A stretch of DNA of 64,000 nucleotides from Pseudothermotoga sp. (GTDB lineage Bacteria; Thermotogota; Thermotogae; Thermotogales; DSM-5069), in NCBI GenBank assembly GCA_031962025.1, contig JAVRKW010000002.1. One strand, 5' to 3'. This document shows, one piece after another, positions 1-11,100 of this stretch. A model generated the notes under the pieces. That model saw only the letters and a list, made by a program, of their open reading frames with translations. It was not told the origin of the DNA and made no database searches. The first letter of the stretch is position 1, and each line of letters starts with the position of its first letter. A program made the translations under genes and the position numbers.

Positions 1-13
1 AGGTGGAGGTCAG

Positions 14-373
14 ATGAAGAAAATCTCTGTCTTTTTCATTTTAATGGTTTTTGTTTACCATGCGGTTGTTTTTGAACTGATTTTAGGAAAGTTTTCACCA
101 CTGCCGTCTTATTTACTCTGGGTGATCGTTGCTGTGATCTCCTGGGTTGTTGGATTGTCTGTGGAGTCATTTTCGAAGATCCTGTTTATCATAATAGGTT
201 CTTTCATTGTGGCTGGAATTGTCAGCTACTTTCTGATGGGTTATTACATTCGCGAAGGTGTAGCTGGTCTGGTTCAGATCATTACTCTGAAAATGATATC
301 AATCTCTCTGCTCACCATCTTTTTGCTCAGCAGTATCTGCGCCTTTTTTGGTTACATGTTCAGATCTCATTAG
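14..373 (+). CDS. Hypothetical membrane protein (about 4 TM helices)
   Basis: GGAGG RBS just upstream of the ATG; almost entirely hydrophobic 119 aa. Confidence 0.7.
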   Translation: MKKISVFFILMVFVYHAVVFELILGKFSPLPSYLLWVIVAVISWVVGLSVESFSKILFIIIGSFIVAGIVSYFLMGYYIREGVAGLVQIITLKMISISLLTIFLLSSICAFFGYMFRSH

Positions 374-919
374 TACAAATAGGCTCACTGAATTATTCAG
401 TACATGGCAGAGTAATGCGCAAAAAAGGCTTTTTGTGCTCAAGACAGAGTAAGCGAATATGTAACCCACGGCAAATCTGTAAGCAAAATTGAAGATTGAA
501 AATCTCTCTATCTTGCTGAAAACGTTCGACAGATGAATGAAAGAAAAGATCAATGCATTTATAAAGACATCTGGTATCAGAGACAGTACTGCGCCTCTGA
601 AGATGATCTCCTCTGATATGGGTAGCAGAATGCCCATGAAGATAAGGTCAACAAAAGATATTTTTTTGTAAAATCTGATTTGTTCAGCCTTGAGAAAGCC
701 CCCAAGAAGGATCATCGCTCCAAAAGCTACAAGAAAAGGTATCAATCCCTTAAATTGTATTTTGAATGTGTAAGGCACTCTCAGAAAAACAAAAAGAACA
801 ACTGCATACAGAAGCTGGCAAAAAGCGATGAACTGTATTCTATTTTTTCTGAGCAATTTAGAGAGATTTTGCAGTACTATCATTACAAACAAAACCAGTA
901 AAACCAGTAAAAATCCCAA
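299..919 (-). CDS. CPBP (CAAX/Abi) family intramembrane glutamic endopeptidase
   Basis: EEIIFRG, FSFIH and HVLNN motifs; multiple TM segments. Confidence 0.85.
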   Translation of the reverse strand: MGFLLVLLVLFVMIVLQNLSKLLRKNRIQFIAFCQLLYAVVLFVFLRVPYTFKIQFKGLIPFLVAFGAMILLGGFLKAEQIRFYKKISFVDLIFMGILLPISEEIIFRGAVLSLIPDVFINALIFSFIHLSNVFSKIERFSIFNFAYRFAVGYIFAYSVLSTKSLFCALLCHVLNNSVSLFVLMRSEHVTKKGADTAEQKDGEQRD

Positions 920-930
920 ATTTCATCCCT

Positions 931-2712
931 CTATCTTTCTAACACGTTTTTCACGGTCGAATTGCACACGCCACAGCCATGGCATCTGTCCCATCGGCAA
1001 TCTGAAGTTGTAATGCCTTTCAAAGCTTTTTCATATTCTTCTATCAGAAACTTTTTACTCACTCCAACATCGATGTGATCCCAGGGAAAGTCTTGATCGA
1101 TACTCTTTTGGCTCAGATAAGAATGTAGATCGATCTGGCATTTTTCGATGGCATTCTGCCATAGACTGAAGTTGAAAATATTTTCCCATTCATCAAACAG
1201 TGAACCATCTGTGAACGCGTTCAAAACAACATCGAAGACCTTTCTATCGCCTCTGGATAGCAAGCCTTCTATCAGGCTCATGTGCGGGTTGTGAAAATCG
1301 ATGCTGGCAATGTCTTTTGCCTGCAAAATGATTTTCTGTGCATGGTTTACATAATCGATCGATCTTTGCTCGGCAAACTGGAAAGGTGTGTGTGGTTTTG
1401 GTATGAAATTTGCCACAGAAAGAACGATCTTTTTGAATCCAATTTTGCGAGCGATTTTAGCCATTTGCACAATGCCGTAAAGGTCTTCATCTTTCTCTGT
1501 TGGCAAACCGATCATGAAATAGAGCTTCACCCTGTTCCAACCAGCTTTCTTTGCCGCTTCAAGGGTGCTTATGTAATCTTCTTCGGTCACATTTTTGTTT
1601 ATCACATTTCTGAGCCTTTGAGTACCAGCCTCCGGCGCAAATGTCAAACCTGTTCTCCGTACAGCGCTCACCGCTTGTGCGATGGACAGACCGAATCTAT
1701 CAAGGCGTGTAGAAGGTATGGATATGGACACAGCCAGGTTTTTAAGCTTTTCTCTGAGAGTTTCTAAAACTGTATTTATGGTGCTGTGATCTGCGGTAGA
1801 CAGTGACAAAAGAGCGAGTTCTTCGTAACCTGTGCATAAAAGCGATGAGATTGATTCATCGATGATATTTTTACTGTACTTTTCTCTGACAGGTCTGTAT
1901 ATGATTCCTGCCTGGCAAAATCTGCATCCTCTGGTGCAGCCGCGCATGACTTCCACCACGACTCTATCGTGAACGGGTTGTGTATTTGGTATTATTCTCT
2001 GATCTGAGAGTTTAGCTTCGTTGAGATCTTTGAATATCCTTCGGTTTATCTTTTTCGGTGCCCAGTCAAAAAGCGGTCTTGGTGGTATGGTCGGTTGATA
2101 AAACATCGGCACATAAACTCCGTCTATTTGAGAAAGTACCTTGAGCCTTTCTTCTCTTTTCATTCCTTTTGTCTGGATCAAGCTTTGAGCTATTTGCAGA
2201 GCCACATCTTCCCCATCTCCCACGACAAACGCATCGAAAACTCTTGCAAGGACCTCGGGATTTGTTGTACATGGCCCACCGGCGATGATTATTGGATCAC
2301 TTTCTGTACGCAGATCCGAATAAAGCGGTATTTTGGCAAGATCGAGTACGCAGAGTACATTTGTGTATGAAAGTTCGTACTGAAGAGATATACCTATCAA
2401 ATCGAGTTTTCTCAACGGAGTCTTCGATTCCAGTGTGAACAATTCGATGTCTTTTTGCTTCATCAGATTTATCATGTCTTTCCACGGCAAAAAAGCTCTC
2501 TCAGCCCATACCTCTGGCAGGTTGTTCAGCACATTGTAGATGATCAACAGTCCAAGATTTGACATTCCGATTTCGTAAAGGTCTGGGAAGACCAGTCCCA
2601 CTCTGAGTTTTACTTCAGACGGGTTTTTCATTATCTGATTGTATTCCATACCGATGTACCTGGAAGGTTTTTCGACTTTTTCAAGGTTTTCATTTATTAA
2701 ACGCAGGATCAT
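931..2712 (-). CDS. TIGR03960-like B12-binding radical SAM protein
   Basis: CxxxCxxC (RGCTRGCRFC), N-terminal KPSRYIG/FPDLYEIGMS, C-terminal CRWDRCHGCGVC. Confidence 0.85.
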   Translation of the reverse strand: MILRLINENLEKVEKPSRYIGMEYNQIMKNPSEVKLRVGLVFPDLYEIGMSNLGLLIIYNVLNNLPEVWAERAFLPWKDMINLMKQKDIELFTLESKTPLRKLDLIGISLQYELSYTNVLCVLDLAKIPLYSDLRTESDPIIIAGGPCTTNPEVLARVFDAFVVGDGEDVALQIAQSLIQTKGMKREERLKVLSQIDGVYVPMFYQPTIPPRPLFDWAPKKINRRIFKDLNEAKLSDQRIIPNTQPVHDRVVVEVMRGCTRGCRFCQAGIIYRPVREKYSKNIIDESISSLLCTGYEELALLSLSTADHSTINTVLETLREKLKNLAVSISIPSTRLDRFGLSIAQAVSAVRRTGLTFAPEAGTQRLRNVINKNVTEEDYISTLEAAKKAGWNRVKLYFMIGLPTEKDEDLYGIVQMAKIARKIGFKKIVLSVANFIPKPHTPFQFAEQRSIDYVNHAQKIILQAKDIASIDFHNPHMSLIEGLLSRGDRKVFDVVLNAFTDGSLFDEWENIFNFSLWQNAIEKCQIDLHSYLSQKSIDQDFPWDHIDVGVSKKFLIEEYEKALKGITTSDCRWDRCHGCGVCNSTVKNVLER

Positions 2713-4367
2713 TTTTTTGTCTCCCCCATGAGAAATTCAAAGATTTTTCTTGCCATCGGTGCGGCAGCTTCTCCTCCTCCGCCTGCATTCTCGAGCATAA
2801 CTAAGACTATGAATTTTGGAGAATTCACCGGCGAGAATGCAACAAACCACGAATGTGATCTTTCACCCTTTTTACCGGTTTCAGCAGTTCCCGTCTTGCC
2901 AGCCACATCGATGTTAAAGCCTTTGAATGCCTGATATGCTGTTCCCTCGTCGGCTGGATTACCGTTTGACTTTACAACCTCTCTGAGAGAGTCTTTCAGA
3001 AAATCGATTGTACTTTGCTTGAGTGGGATTTTGTAAGATAATCCTTTTTCGAATTCGTAGATTTTCTTACCTTGCTGGTTTTTGACGTGATCAAGCACAT
3101 GAGGACGATAGCAGGAAGCATCGTTAGCTATCGTGTTGAAAAAATTGAGGACCTCAATGGGCGTGAGATTGATAAAACTCTGTCCTATTCCGCACAGTAT
3201 CGTATCACCCGGATACCAGGGCTCTTTGTAGGTGTTGTATTTCCAGTTTGGATCCGGGTACAACCCTCTGCGCTCAGCCGGTAAATCTATTCCGGTGAGT
3301 TGATCGATCATGAAAAGATTTGCGTACTGTTTCATTCTTTCAATACCAAGCTCCAAGGCTAAATTGTAGAAAAACACATTGCACGAGACTCTGATAGCCT
3401 TTTTCAGATCGGTCACGCCGTGTCCAGATATATACCAATCTCTATACAAACCCAGAGATCTTCCAGAACTTCCGATGTACTCATAGTATCCTTTGCAATC
3501 GACGGTTTTGCCAAGATCTGGATTATTTTCCAAATATGCAATGGCATAGAGCGGTTTTATGATAGATCCAGGTGGATAGGTCGCACTGATTGCCCTGTTC
3601 AAAAGAGGGCTTTTGGGATCATTTGAGATCTGTATCCATTGTCTTTGATCGATATTCAGAAGCATGTTTGGATCAAAACTTGGAAAAGAAGCCATTGCGA
3701 GAATTGAACCATCTTTTGCTGACTGGACAATGACAGCACCGGCGTGGTTGAAACTGCTCAAAAGTCTCTGGACATACTCTTGAAGCTTTGAATCTATCGT
3801 CAATACAACGTCATTTCCTGCAAGTGGTACTGCCTGTAAAAATCTTCCAGTGACTCCACCCGATACCGATACGCTCACCAGCTCGTAACCATCCTGACCT
3901 TTCAGGTACGAATCGTACTGCTTTTCTACTCCAGATACTCCATATCTATCGGCACTGATATAGCCAACAACATGAGGTGCCAGGTTACTGTAACGCCTCA
4001 CATATTTTCTGAAGACTAAGACGCCTGCTTTTTCGAGTTTCATTGCCTCAGCCTCAGTTACCTGTATCTCTTCACCGAGTATCAATTTCAACTTTCTTTC
4101 CTGTCCCAGTATTTCGCCAACTTTCTCAACATCTAAGGAACCAGTTGATCTTGCAACCAAGATCTCTTCGTCCCATGCGAGTAATACACCGTCCCTGGTC
4201 AGTATTTTTCCCCTCGGAGCATCGATTTTTCTCACATAAACTTTAAGTGACTCTATGTATTCAAGATGGGATTTATGTTGAATGACTTGAAGTACAAAGG
4301 CTCTGATCAGTAAAACAACGAATGGAACAGTCATCATCAGATAAATCACTGCTTTAAGCCTTTTCAA
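2709..4367 (-). CDS. mrdA: Penicillin-binding protein 2 (class B transpeptidase)
   Basis: N-terminal TM, APRG motif, SxxK (GSIIK), SxN (SCN), KTG. Confidence 0.85.
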   Translation of the reverse strand: MKRLKAVIYLMMTVPFVVLLIRAFVLQVIQHKSHLEYIESLKVYVRKIDAPRGKILTRDGVLLAWDEEILVARSTGSLDVEKVGEILGQERKLKLILGEEIQVTEAEAMKLEKAGVLVFRKYVRRYSNLAPHVVGYISADRYGVSGVEKQYDSYLKGQDGYELVSVSVSGGVTGRFLQAVPLAGNDVVLTIDSKLQEYVQRLLSSFNHAGAVIVQSAKDGSILAMASFPSFDPNMLLNIDQRQWIQISNDPKSPLLNRAISATYPPGSIIKPLYAIAYLENNPDLGKTVDCKGYYEYIGSSGRSLGLYRDWYISGHGVTDLKKAIRVSCNVFFYNLALELGIERMKQYANLFMIDQLTGIDLPAERRGLYPDPNWKYNTYKEPWYPGDTILCGIGQSFINLTPIEVLNFFNTIANDASCYRPHVLDHVKNQQGKKIYEFEKGLSYKIPLKQSTIDFLKDSLREVVKSNGNPADEGTAYQAFKGFNIDVAGKTGTAETGKKGERSHSWFVAFSPVNSPKFIVLVMLENAGGGGEAAAPMARKIFEFLMGETKK

Positions 4368-4767
4368 GGTTAATCCTCCAGATTGACATGGACAGTATAC
4401 TCAGTATTATCGTCATGATCAAGGACGAGCCTTCAAAAAATAAAAGCACAGTAACAGCTATATTGTAGAGCAAAAATGGAATGAATGGTTTGAGAAAGTA
4501 TTCCCTTGTCGTGATAAAAAAAACGTAAGTTGCAAATATCATTAAATGAAAAAAATTCTGGCTCTGGAAACACAGTGCCGAGTGAATTGTTAAGATCACC
4601 ATAACTCTCACAATACTCACAATCGATGAGAATATGAGGTACTCAACGGCAAGATAGGGTATGAGTAAGGTGAACAGATCAAAATAGGCACTGTCAACGG
4701 CTAAGACAAGAACTCCAAAAACATATATTCCAAGTTTTCGCCAGTAAATGCCGTTCACTTGCTTCAC
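4354..4767 (-). CDS. Hydrophobic membrane protein, possibly MreD-like
   Basis: About 5 TM segments; directly upstream of and overlapping pbp2 (positional inference only). Confidence 0.5.
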   Translation of the reverse strand: MKQVNGIYWRKLGIYVFGVLVLAVDSAYFDLFTLLIPYLAVEYLIFSSIVSIVRVMVILTIHSALCFQSQNFFHLMIFATYVFFITTREYFLKPFIPFLLYNIAVTVLLFFEGSSLIMTIILSILSMSIWRINLEKA

Positions 4768-4783
4768 CTGCTTACATTATATT

Positions 4784-5755
4784 TTAGTATTCCTGCTCGG
4801 GATCAACGGGGTTGATTATTTCACCCGTTCTTAAGAACGTCTCCAATATGTTAAACGTCTCGTTCATGAGTCCATCGCTTCCCTGTTGAGTGTAACCACC
4901 GACATGAGGTGATAGAACGACATTTTTAAGCGTGTTGAATGGATATCTGCTGGGCAGTGTGACTTCGTCGGTGTTTCTGGGATACAGATACCAGGTGTCT
5001 ATGGCTGCTCCTGAAAGGATCCCATCTCTGAGGCTCTGGAAAAGTGCTTTTTCATCAATTATCTCGCCTCTTGATACGTTTATCAGGTATTTTCCTTTCA
5101 TTTTGTGAAGCCTTTCGGCATCGAATAAGTTTCTGGTTTGTTTTGTCAGCGGAAGGGTTATGAAAATCACATCACTAACTTCAACTGCCCAATCCAGATC
5201 TGATGTTATATTCGAATGCTCTTTTGGAGCGGATTTTCTGACTCCTATGATCTGACAGCCAAAAGGTTGCAACAACTTGGAAAGTTCCTCGCCTATATGC
5301 CCCATGCCCACGATACAAACCGTTTTGTTTCTGAGTGAACACCAGTGATCTTCTTCAACAGAACCAACTGAATAACCATGCCAGACACCGTATCTGAGAT
5401 CTCTATCGAATTCGACAACCCTTCCAAGAAGTGCCAGCGCCAGAGCCAGTGCCCTTTCGGCAACGGCAGGCGCATTGGCATGACAGTTGCTAACCATTAC
5501 TTTCTTTTTCCTGATTGCTTCCCAGTCGAGTGCATTCACACCAGCCATCGGCACGATTATCAATTTGAGTCTTGAAGACTCGATTTCTTCCTTGGAAAGC
5601 CTTGCAGAAACAACAACATCGGCGTCTTTTATGAGCAAGCGAGGCGATGGATTTGAAAAATATCCCTCAAAATGAACATTCCGATGAAGGTCTTTGAGTT
5701 CTTTTATCTTAGCCAGCCATTTATCGTTGATTCTGTTCAGAAAAAGCACCAGCAT
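4784..5755 (-). CDS. D-isomer-specific 2-hydroxyacid dehydrogenase (NAD-binding)
   Basis: GMGHIG Rossmann motif, INVSRG, SPHVGG. Confidence 0.9.
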   Translation of the reverse strand: MLVLFLNRINDKWLAKIKELKDLHRNVHFEGYFSNPSPRLLIKDADVVVSARLSKEEIESSRLKLIIVPMAGVNALDWEAIRKKKVMVSNCHANAPAVAERALALALALLGRVVEFDRDLRYGVWHGYSVGSVEEDHWCSLRNKTVCIVGMGHIGEELSKLLQPFGCQIIGVRKSAPKEHSNITSDLDWAVEVSDVIFITLPLTKQTRNLFDAERLHKMKGKYLINVSRGEIIDEKALFQSLRDGILSGAAIDTWYLYPRNTDEVTLPSRYPFNTLKNVVLSPHVGGYTQQGSDGLMNETFNILETFLRTGEIINPVDPEQEY

Positions 5756-5766
5756 TTGACCACTCC

Positions 5767-6612
5767 TCAGTAAAGATGCAGAACCATCTCAAGTTGTGTC
5801 AGGACCGTTTGAAAACCAATTTTGATCGCAGCGCTGTACAAAGGATCGTCCTCAGGCACATTAGCAATTGAACAGATGTTTTTGTTTTCAACATCACAAA
5901 CATAGCTGACAGCTTCGCTGAGCAGTGGAACATACGATTCTCTGTTCTTTACAGGTGCACAGTCAACTATGAAGGCGTTCTTCTCGGTCGAACCCCAGAC
6001 AACATATCCCTGGTCCTTTAGCAGGTTTGTTCTTGCCATCTTGTACCTGCTGCTTGCCAGTAAAAGAGTGGCTGGTTCGCGTTGCCAGTTGAGATGTCTT
6101 GAAAGATTTATCATGGCTTCTACAGAAGCTTGATGAATCCATCTTGGATCGACTTTGAAGAAAGACACTTTTCTCACGGGTTCAGGATTTTCCTTTACCA
6201 TCGTGAACAGTTTTCTTGTGGTTCTAAAGCCGTTTTTTTCATAGAATCTGATTGCCCTTGCCTCGGTCTCCAGAACCTCCAATACGACTGTCTCAGCCTT
6301 TCTCCATCTGAGTGCTTCAAGGGCGTGCTCCAGAATTCTGTATGCAAGCCCGCTTCCCCTTTCTTCTTTCACAACTCCCATGGAATCAATTCTTCCTCTG
6401 TTTTTTCTCAGACAGCACACGACAAACCCAACAGGTCTATCGTTTTTGAGAAACACGAAGGAATCGGTGAAAGAAATGGAATTTTCTCGAGCATCAAGGT
6501 TGAAGCTCAGAATATCCCAGTTAATTGGCACCGGATAATCGCTGAAAATTTCATTGACAAGATCGAGAAACCTTACAACAGGAAACTCCGCCAACAACTT
6601 GACGGATTCCAT
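5767..6612 (-). CDS. GNAT family N-acetyltransferase
   Basis: GVVKEERGSGLA acetyl-CoA motif, AIRFYEKNGF. Confidence 0.85.
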   Translation of the reverse strand: MESVKLLAEFPVVRFLDLVNEIFSDYPVPINWDILSFNLDARENSISFTDSFVFLKNDRPVGFVVCCLRKNRGRIDSMGVVKEERGSGLAYRILEHALEALRWRKAETVVLEVLETEARAIRFYEKNGFRTTRKLFTMVKENPEPVRKVSFFKVDPRWIHQASVEAMINLSRHLNWQREPATLLLASSRYKMARTNLLKDQGYVVWGSTEKNAFIVDCAPVKNRESYVPLLSEAVSYVCDVENKNICSIANVPEDDPLYSAAIKIGFQTVLTQLEMVLHLY

Positions 6613-6627
6613 CCGACCACCACCTTA

Positions 6628-7038
6628 TCAGATAGAGATATTAAGATGGTTATCTTTGTCCTGCTTTGGTGTGTTTGCGACAGATTTCATAGCTATTCTC
6701 CAGGCATCTAACAATTCCTCAAAATAACCCAGAACTTCGTCTATTTTTTGCATCTCTTTTTTCACAGATGCTTCTATCAGTGTTCTGTACATATAACTGT
6801 ACAACGATCTCAACCCCTTGGCTATTTCTCCGCCTCTTTCAATATCAAGTGAGATGTTCAATTCAGTGACTATGTCCTGAACCCTTTTGATTTTCTCGTT
6901 TGTGGTGATAAAATCGTTTTTACTCAAAGCCTCTTTGGCATTTTTGAGAAGCTCTATGGCTTTTTCATACATCATCTCGATCAGTTTTGCCGGGCTGGCG
7001 GTTTTCACTGCATTTTCTATGTAGTAATCTTTCATCAT
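6628..7038 (-). CDS. fliS: Flagellar export chaperone FliS
   Basis: TASPAKLIEMMY, ELNISLD, LYSYM, ELLDAW. Confidence 0.9.
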   Translation of the reverse strand: MMKDYYIENAVKTASPAKLIEMMYEKAIELLKNAKEALSKNDFITTNEKIKRVQDIVTELNISLDIERGGEIAKGLRSLYSYMYRTLIEASVKKEMQKIDEVLGYFEELLDAWRIAMKSVANTPKQDKDNHLNISI

Positions 7039-7616
7039 TGTGAGTGCACCTCCCTGATTTTGGAAAGAACAACTTCAAAGAATTCCTGATAGAACTTCAA
7101 AACTATCGCAAGATCGTTTTCGACGGAGTTCGCTATTTCTGAAATGTCCTGCTTTTCCAGGGTGGCGAGAAATTTTTTCAATCTGAGCAGTATACCTGAT
7201 GTGTCGATATCGGGTATTTCTATTATTCTGTAAACGCTCTGTCTGAGATTGTCCAAAGCCGAGATACTCTCCGATATGCTCTCTATGTCTTTGAAAGATT
7301 TTGGTTGGCCGGATCTGAGTGAGCGAGCGACGGATGGTAACAGTCCTGTGGCGGTTTTTATGTATTCGAGTATGCCCGGTAGAATTTCACTCAGGTATTC
7401 AATCGGTGTGGAAAATTCCATGATGATCTCTGTGTTTTCTTCGAGCAGAGAATCTCTCAATTCGGAAACCTTCTGGGTCGGAATTTGAACTTTATCGATT
7501 ATCAAGGACTTCAGCACCTTATCCTTTGGAGATACTTCATCGTACAGTTTGCCAAAGGTCACAAAATCTTTTGCCTGAAAACTCATCTGCTTTCCGTTCA
7601 ATATGACTGTAACCAT
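7035..7616 (-). CDS. Hypothetical protein
   Basis: 193-aa ORF tightly coupled in the operon, abutting the Nudix gene and overlapping fliS. Confidence 0.7.
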   Translation of the reverse strand: MVTVILNGKQMSFQAKDFVTFGKLYDEVSPKDKVLKSLIIDKVQIPTQKVSELRDSLLEENTEIIMEFSTPIEYLSEILPGILEYIKTATGLLPSVARSLRSGQPKSFKDIESISESISALDNLRQSVYRIIEIPDIDTSGILLRLKKFLATLEKQDISEIANSVENDLAIVLKFYQEFFEVVLSKIREVHSQ

Positions 7617-8156
7617 TCAGATCACTCCTTTTTCTTTTGCCAGAAAGACTAAGGACAGAGTCTTTGCATCGACGATTTTTCCACTCAAGCACATATTCAA
7701 AACCTCGTCTGGTCTGAATATTTCTACCTTGAGCAACTCGTCCTGATCTAGATTCTGCTCGGTCTTTACGAGATTTTCAGCCACGTACAGGTGAATTTTT
7801 TCATTGGAAAAACCGGGTGTTGTGAAAATGTATCCCATATATTCAAGTTTTTGAGCCCTGTATCCTGTTTCTTCCTCAAGTTCTCTTAAAGCACATGCCT
7901 CTGGCAATTCGTTCTCATCGAGCTTGCCAGCGGGAACCTCAATAAGCTCTGCACCGACAGGGTACCTGAACTGCTTCACCAGAACAACGTTGCCATCTGC
8001 CAGGACTGGCAGCACAGCAACAGCACCTGGATGCATGACTACTTCACGTGTCGATCTGTACCCATTTTGTAAAAGAACCTCGTCAACTTTGACTGTCAAA
8101 ATCCTGCCTTTGAAAATCTGCTGGCTCTTTAATACCTTTTCGGACAAAATTCTCAC
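7617..8156 (-). CDS. Nudix hydrolase (ADP-ribose pyrophosphatase-like)
   Basis: Nudix box GKLDENELPEACALRELEEETGY; QFRYP. Confidence 0.9.
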   Translation of the reverse strand: MRILSEKVLKSQQIFKGRILTVKVDEVLLQNGYRSTREVVMHPGAVAVLPVLADGNVVLVKQFRYPVGAELIEVPAGKLDENELPEACALRELEEETGYRAQKLEYMGYIFTTPGFSNEKIHLYVAENLVKTEQNLDQDELLKVEIFRPDEVLNMCLSGKIVDAKTLSLVFLAKEKGVI

Positions 8157-11100
8157 TCCTTGACAGCTATATTTTCTATCTCAACAGGTACGATATTTGA
8201 CACACCGTCGATCATCGTGACTCCGTGCAATAGATCGGCAGATTCCATAACGACTTTGTTATGCGTTATTACTATGAACTGAGCCTTTTTCGAGCCGTCT
8301 TCCAGCAATCTTTTGAACCTTTCTGCGTTGAATTCATCCAAAGGAGCATCGATTTCGTCAAGAACATAAAACGGACTTGGTTTGACTTCGAGCAGTGCAA
8401 AGAGCAAAGCTATGCCGACAAGTGCCTTTTCTCCTCCAGAAAGTAACTGTAGCTTTTGGATTCTCCTTGAAGGCTTTTTGACACAGATCTCTATACCCGC
8501 TTCGAGAATATCTTTACCCGGCTCGATTTTTATTTCTCCTTCACCGCCTGCAAAGAGCAGTGAGATGAAGTAGTTGAATTTCGTGTTTACCTGTTCGTAC
8601 ACATCAAGCAGTCTGTTTCTCGCCTCTTCATCTGTTCGCCTGATCAGATCGTTTATTTTTTCTTTTGCTTCATTTAGATCATTTCTCTGAAGTACAAGAT
8701 CGTTGTACTTATTTTCCACCTGGTTGTATTCATCTATTGCAAGTAAATCAACAGGACCGAGGTATTTTATCTTGTTCTGCAGGTCCTCCAGTTCGTTTTT
8801 CAGTGATTCCAGCTTCTCTTGATCGACTTCTTCTATTTGAAGGGCTGTTTGCTCTTCTATTTCAACAAGGATTTGCTCTATCCTGTTTTGAACTTCCTGA
8901 ATAGACAGTTCAAGATGGTGCAGATATTCTCTTGATTTTTCACGTTCATCTTTGATCTGCTGCATCTTTTTTTCCAGTTCATCGAGCTGAGCCAGTTTTT
9001 GGTCTTTATCACTTCTCTGCATTCTCATCGTTTCAAAAAGATTTTCCGTTTCTTTCTTGACTGTTTCCAATTCCTGCTGGTTTTCAAGCAATATGTTTTT
9101 CAAGCGATCGATTTCTTTTTCGATTTCCTCTGACTGTGCTGAAAGCTGCATAGATTCCTCTTTTAGTTTTTGTTTCTGTTCTCTTAGTCTGGATAATTCA
9201 GACTCATAGTGTAATTTTCTCTCCATCAAATTGGTAACCTCGGCTTTCAGTTGCGAATATTGCGTCGAAATTTCTTCAAGCGTTTGTTTTTCGAAGGCTA
9301 ACTGTTCATCAAAATTTCTCAGCTCGGATTCATAAGACGAAATTTTTCCAGAGAGCTCTTCGAGTTCTGAGAGGATTTTTTCCCGTCTAATCTGCATTCC
9401 TTCTGACTTGATCGTGTAATTTTTTTTCAACTGTTCCAAGGAGTTGATCTCTTTGCTGAGCTCTTCAACTGTTTTGCTAAGCTCTTCAATCATTCTCTTT
9501 GTTGAACTACCTTCGGCAATAACACTGGTGAGCTCTCTTTCAGCGAGTCTTTCCTGATTTGACAGGGTCTGAATTTCCTGGTCGATCTGGGAAAGTTTTT
9601 GCTGGTGCAGTTTTTCGAGAGAAGATAGTTCCAGTCTTTGATTTGCAATTTCATTGAGTCTCAATTTTCTCTTTACAAGTGAGTCTGTTCTTTCAACTTC
9701 AATTTCACCGCCTGTTATCGAACCGTGCTGTCCTATTATCTCACCATTCAAGGTTGCTATACGGCACCTGACTTTATAGCGCTTTTTTATGTCAACAGCA
9801 TCGTCGAGTGTCTTGACTATGATATCGTTGCCGAAAAGATAGCCTGGAAGAGCCATGAATTGCTGGCTTACTCGCACGATCTGCGCCGCATATCCAATGA
9901 AACCCGCATGGCGCTCGATTTCTCTCATACCGCTGAAATGAGATTCTATCAGATCAAGCGGCAGAAAGGTAACACGCCCGACTTTCTGAGTGTTCAACCA
10001 CTCAATGACCTTCTTGGCTGTATTGGCATTATCGACCACTACATGCTGTACGGCACCGCCAAGGAGCACTTCTATGGCTTTGGCGTACTCTGCCGGGAAG
10101 TTCACCAAGTTACCCACCACATCGTAAACACCATCCAATTCTCCTTGAGCTTTTTTTGCGAAAATAGCTCTAACAGATCTGGTGTAACCCTCGTAGGTTT
10201 GTATCCTGTATTTTATTTTTGATTCTTCCTCATCGAGATTTTTCATCACTCGCTTGATGTTGTCCAGCTGTTCCAAGGTCGACCTTTTTTCATTTGAAAG
10301 TTCTGAAAGCCTTTCTCTGATGGACTGTAACTCTTTTGCGAGTGAGGCTTCTCTGTCACCCGCTGTTTTCAATTTTTCCAGCAGAGCTGAGAGTTCCTCT
10401 TGAAGACCAGATAATCTTTTCATTTTGAGATCGAGCTGTGAGTCTACCATCGATATGCGTTTGGATAAATCCTCGAGTCCTTCCTCAATTCTGGAAAGTT
10501 CACTTTCCAGAGACAATTTTTCCTTATTTGCAAGATCGCTTTTTTCCTTCAACGCAAGCAGTTGCTTTTCTTTTTCTGAGTACCTTGAAACCAGTTCATT
10601 TCTCTTTTCTTCGACCTTCGTTAACTCATTCTCTTTGGCTCCAATTTCATCTATCAGCCCTTTAAAAATGAGGTTGAGTTCCTCACTTCTTTTGTCAATC
10701 GCCGCTATCTGTTCCTTGGCTGAATCAAGGCGGGTGGTCGTCTCAACGAATTTGGTTTCTCTTTCGTTCAGCCTTCTTGTGTACATTTCTCTGAGTTCCA
10801 TCAGGGTGGTTTGACGCTTTTTGTAATCCTCCAACAGATTTGTGAAATTTTCGATCTCTCTGTCAACATTTGCAAACTCCTGTTTCAGAGTAGACCAGTT
10901 TGTTTCTATGTTCAGCAGTTGTTTTTGAAGGTCTTTGATCTTTTCCATGGTCTGGCTATGCTGGTTTTGAAGGTGGTTTAATCTTTTCTTCTCTTTTTTG
11001 AATACGTTTCCATAGTACAGTTTCTTTACCTGTTGAAGTCTTGATGAATACTCCTGGTAACGTTCGGCTCTTTTGGCTTTCAAATACAGCGATTTTCTCT

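Noticed and set aside
6130..6711. 193-aa plus-strand ORF
   Set aside because: Antisense shadow of the GNAT and fliS genes; no recognisable motifs.
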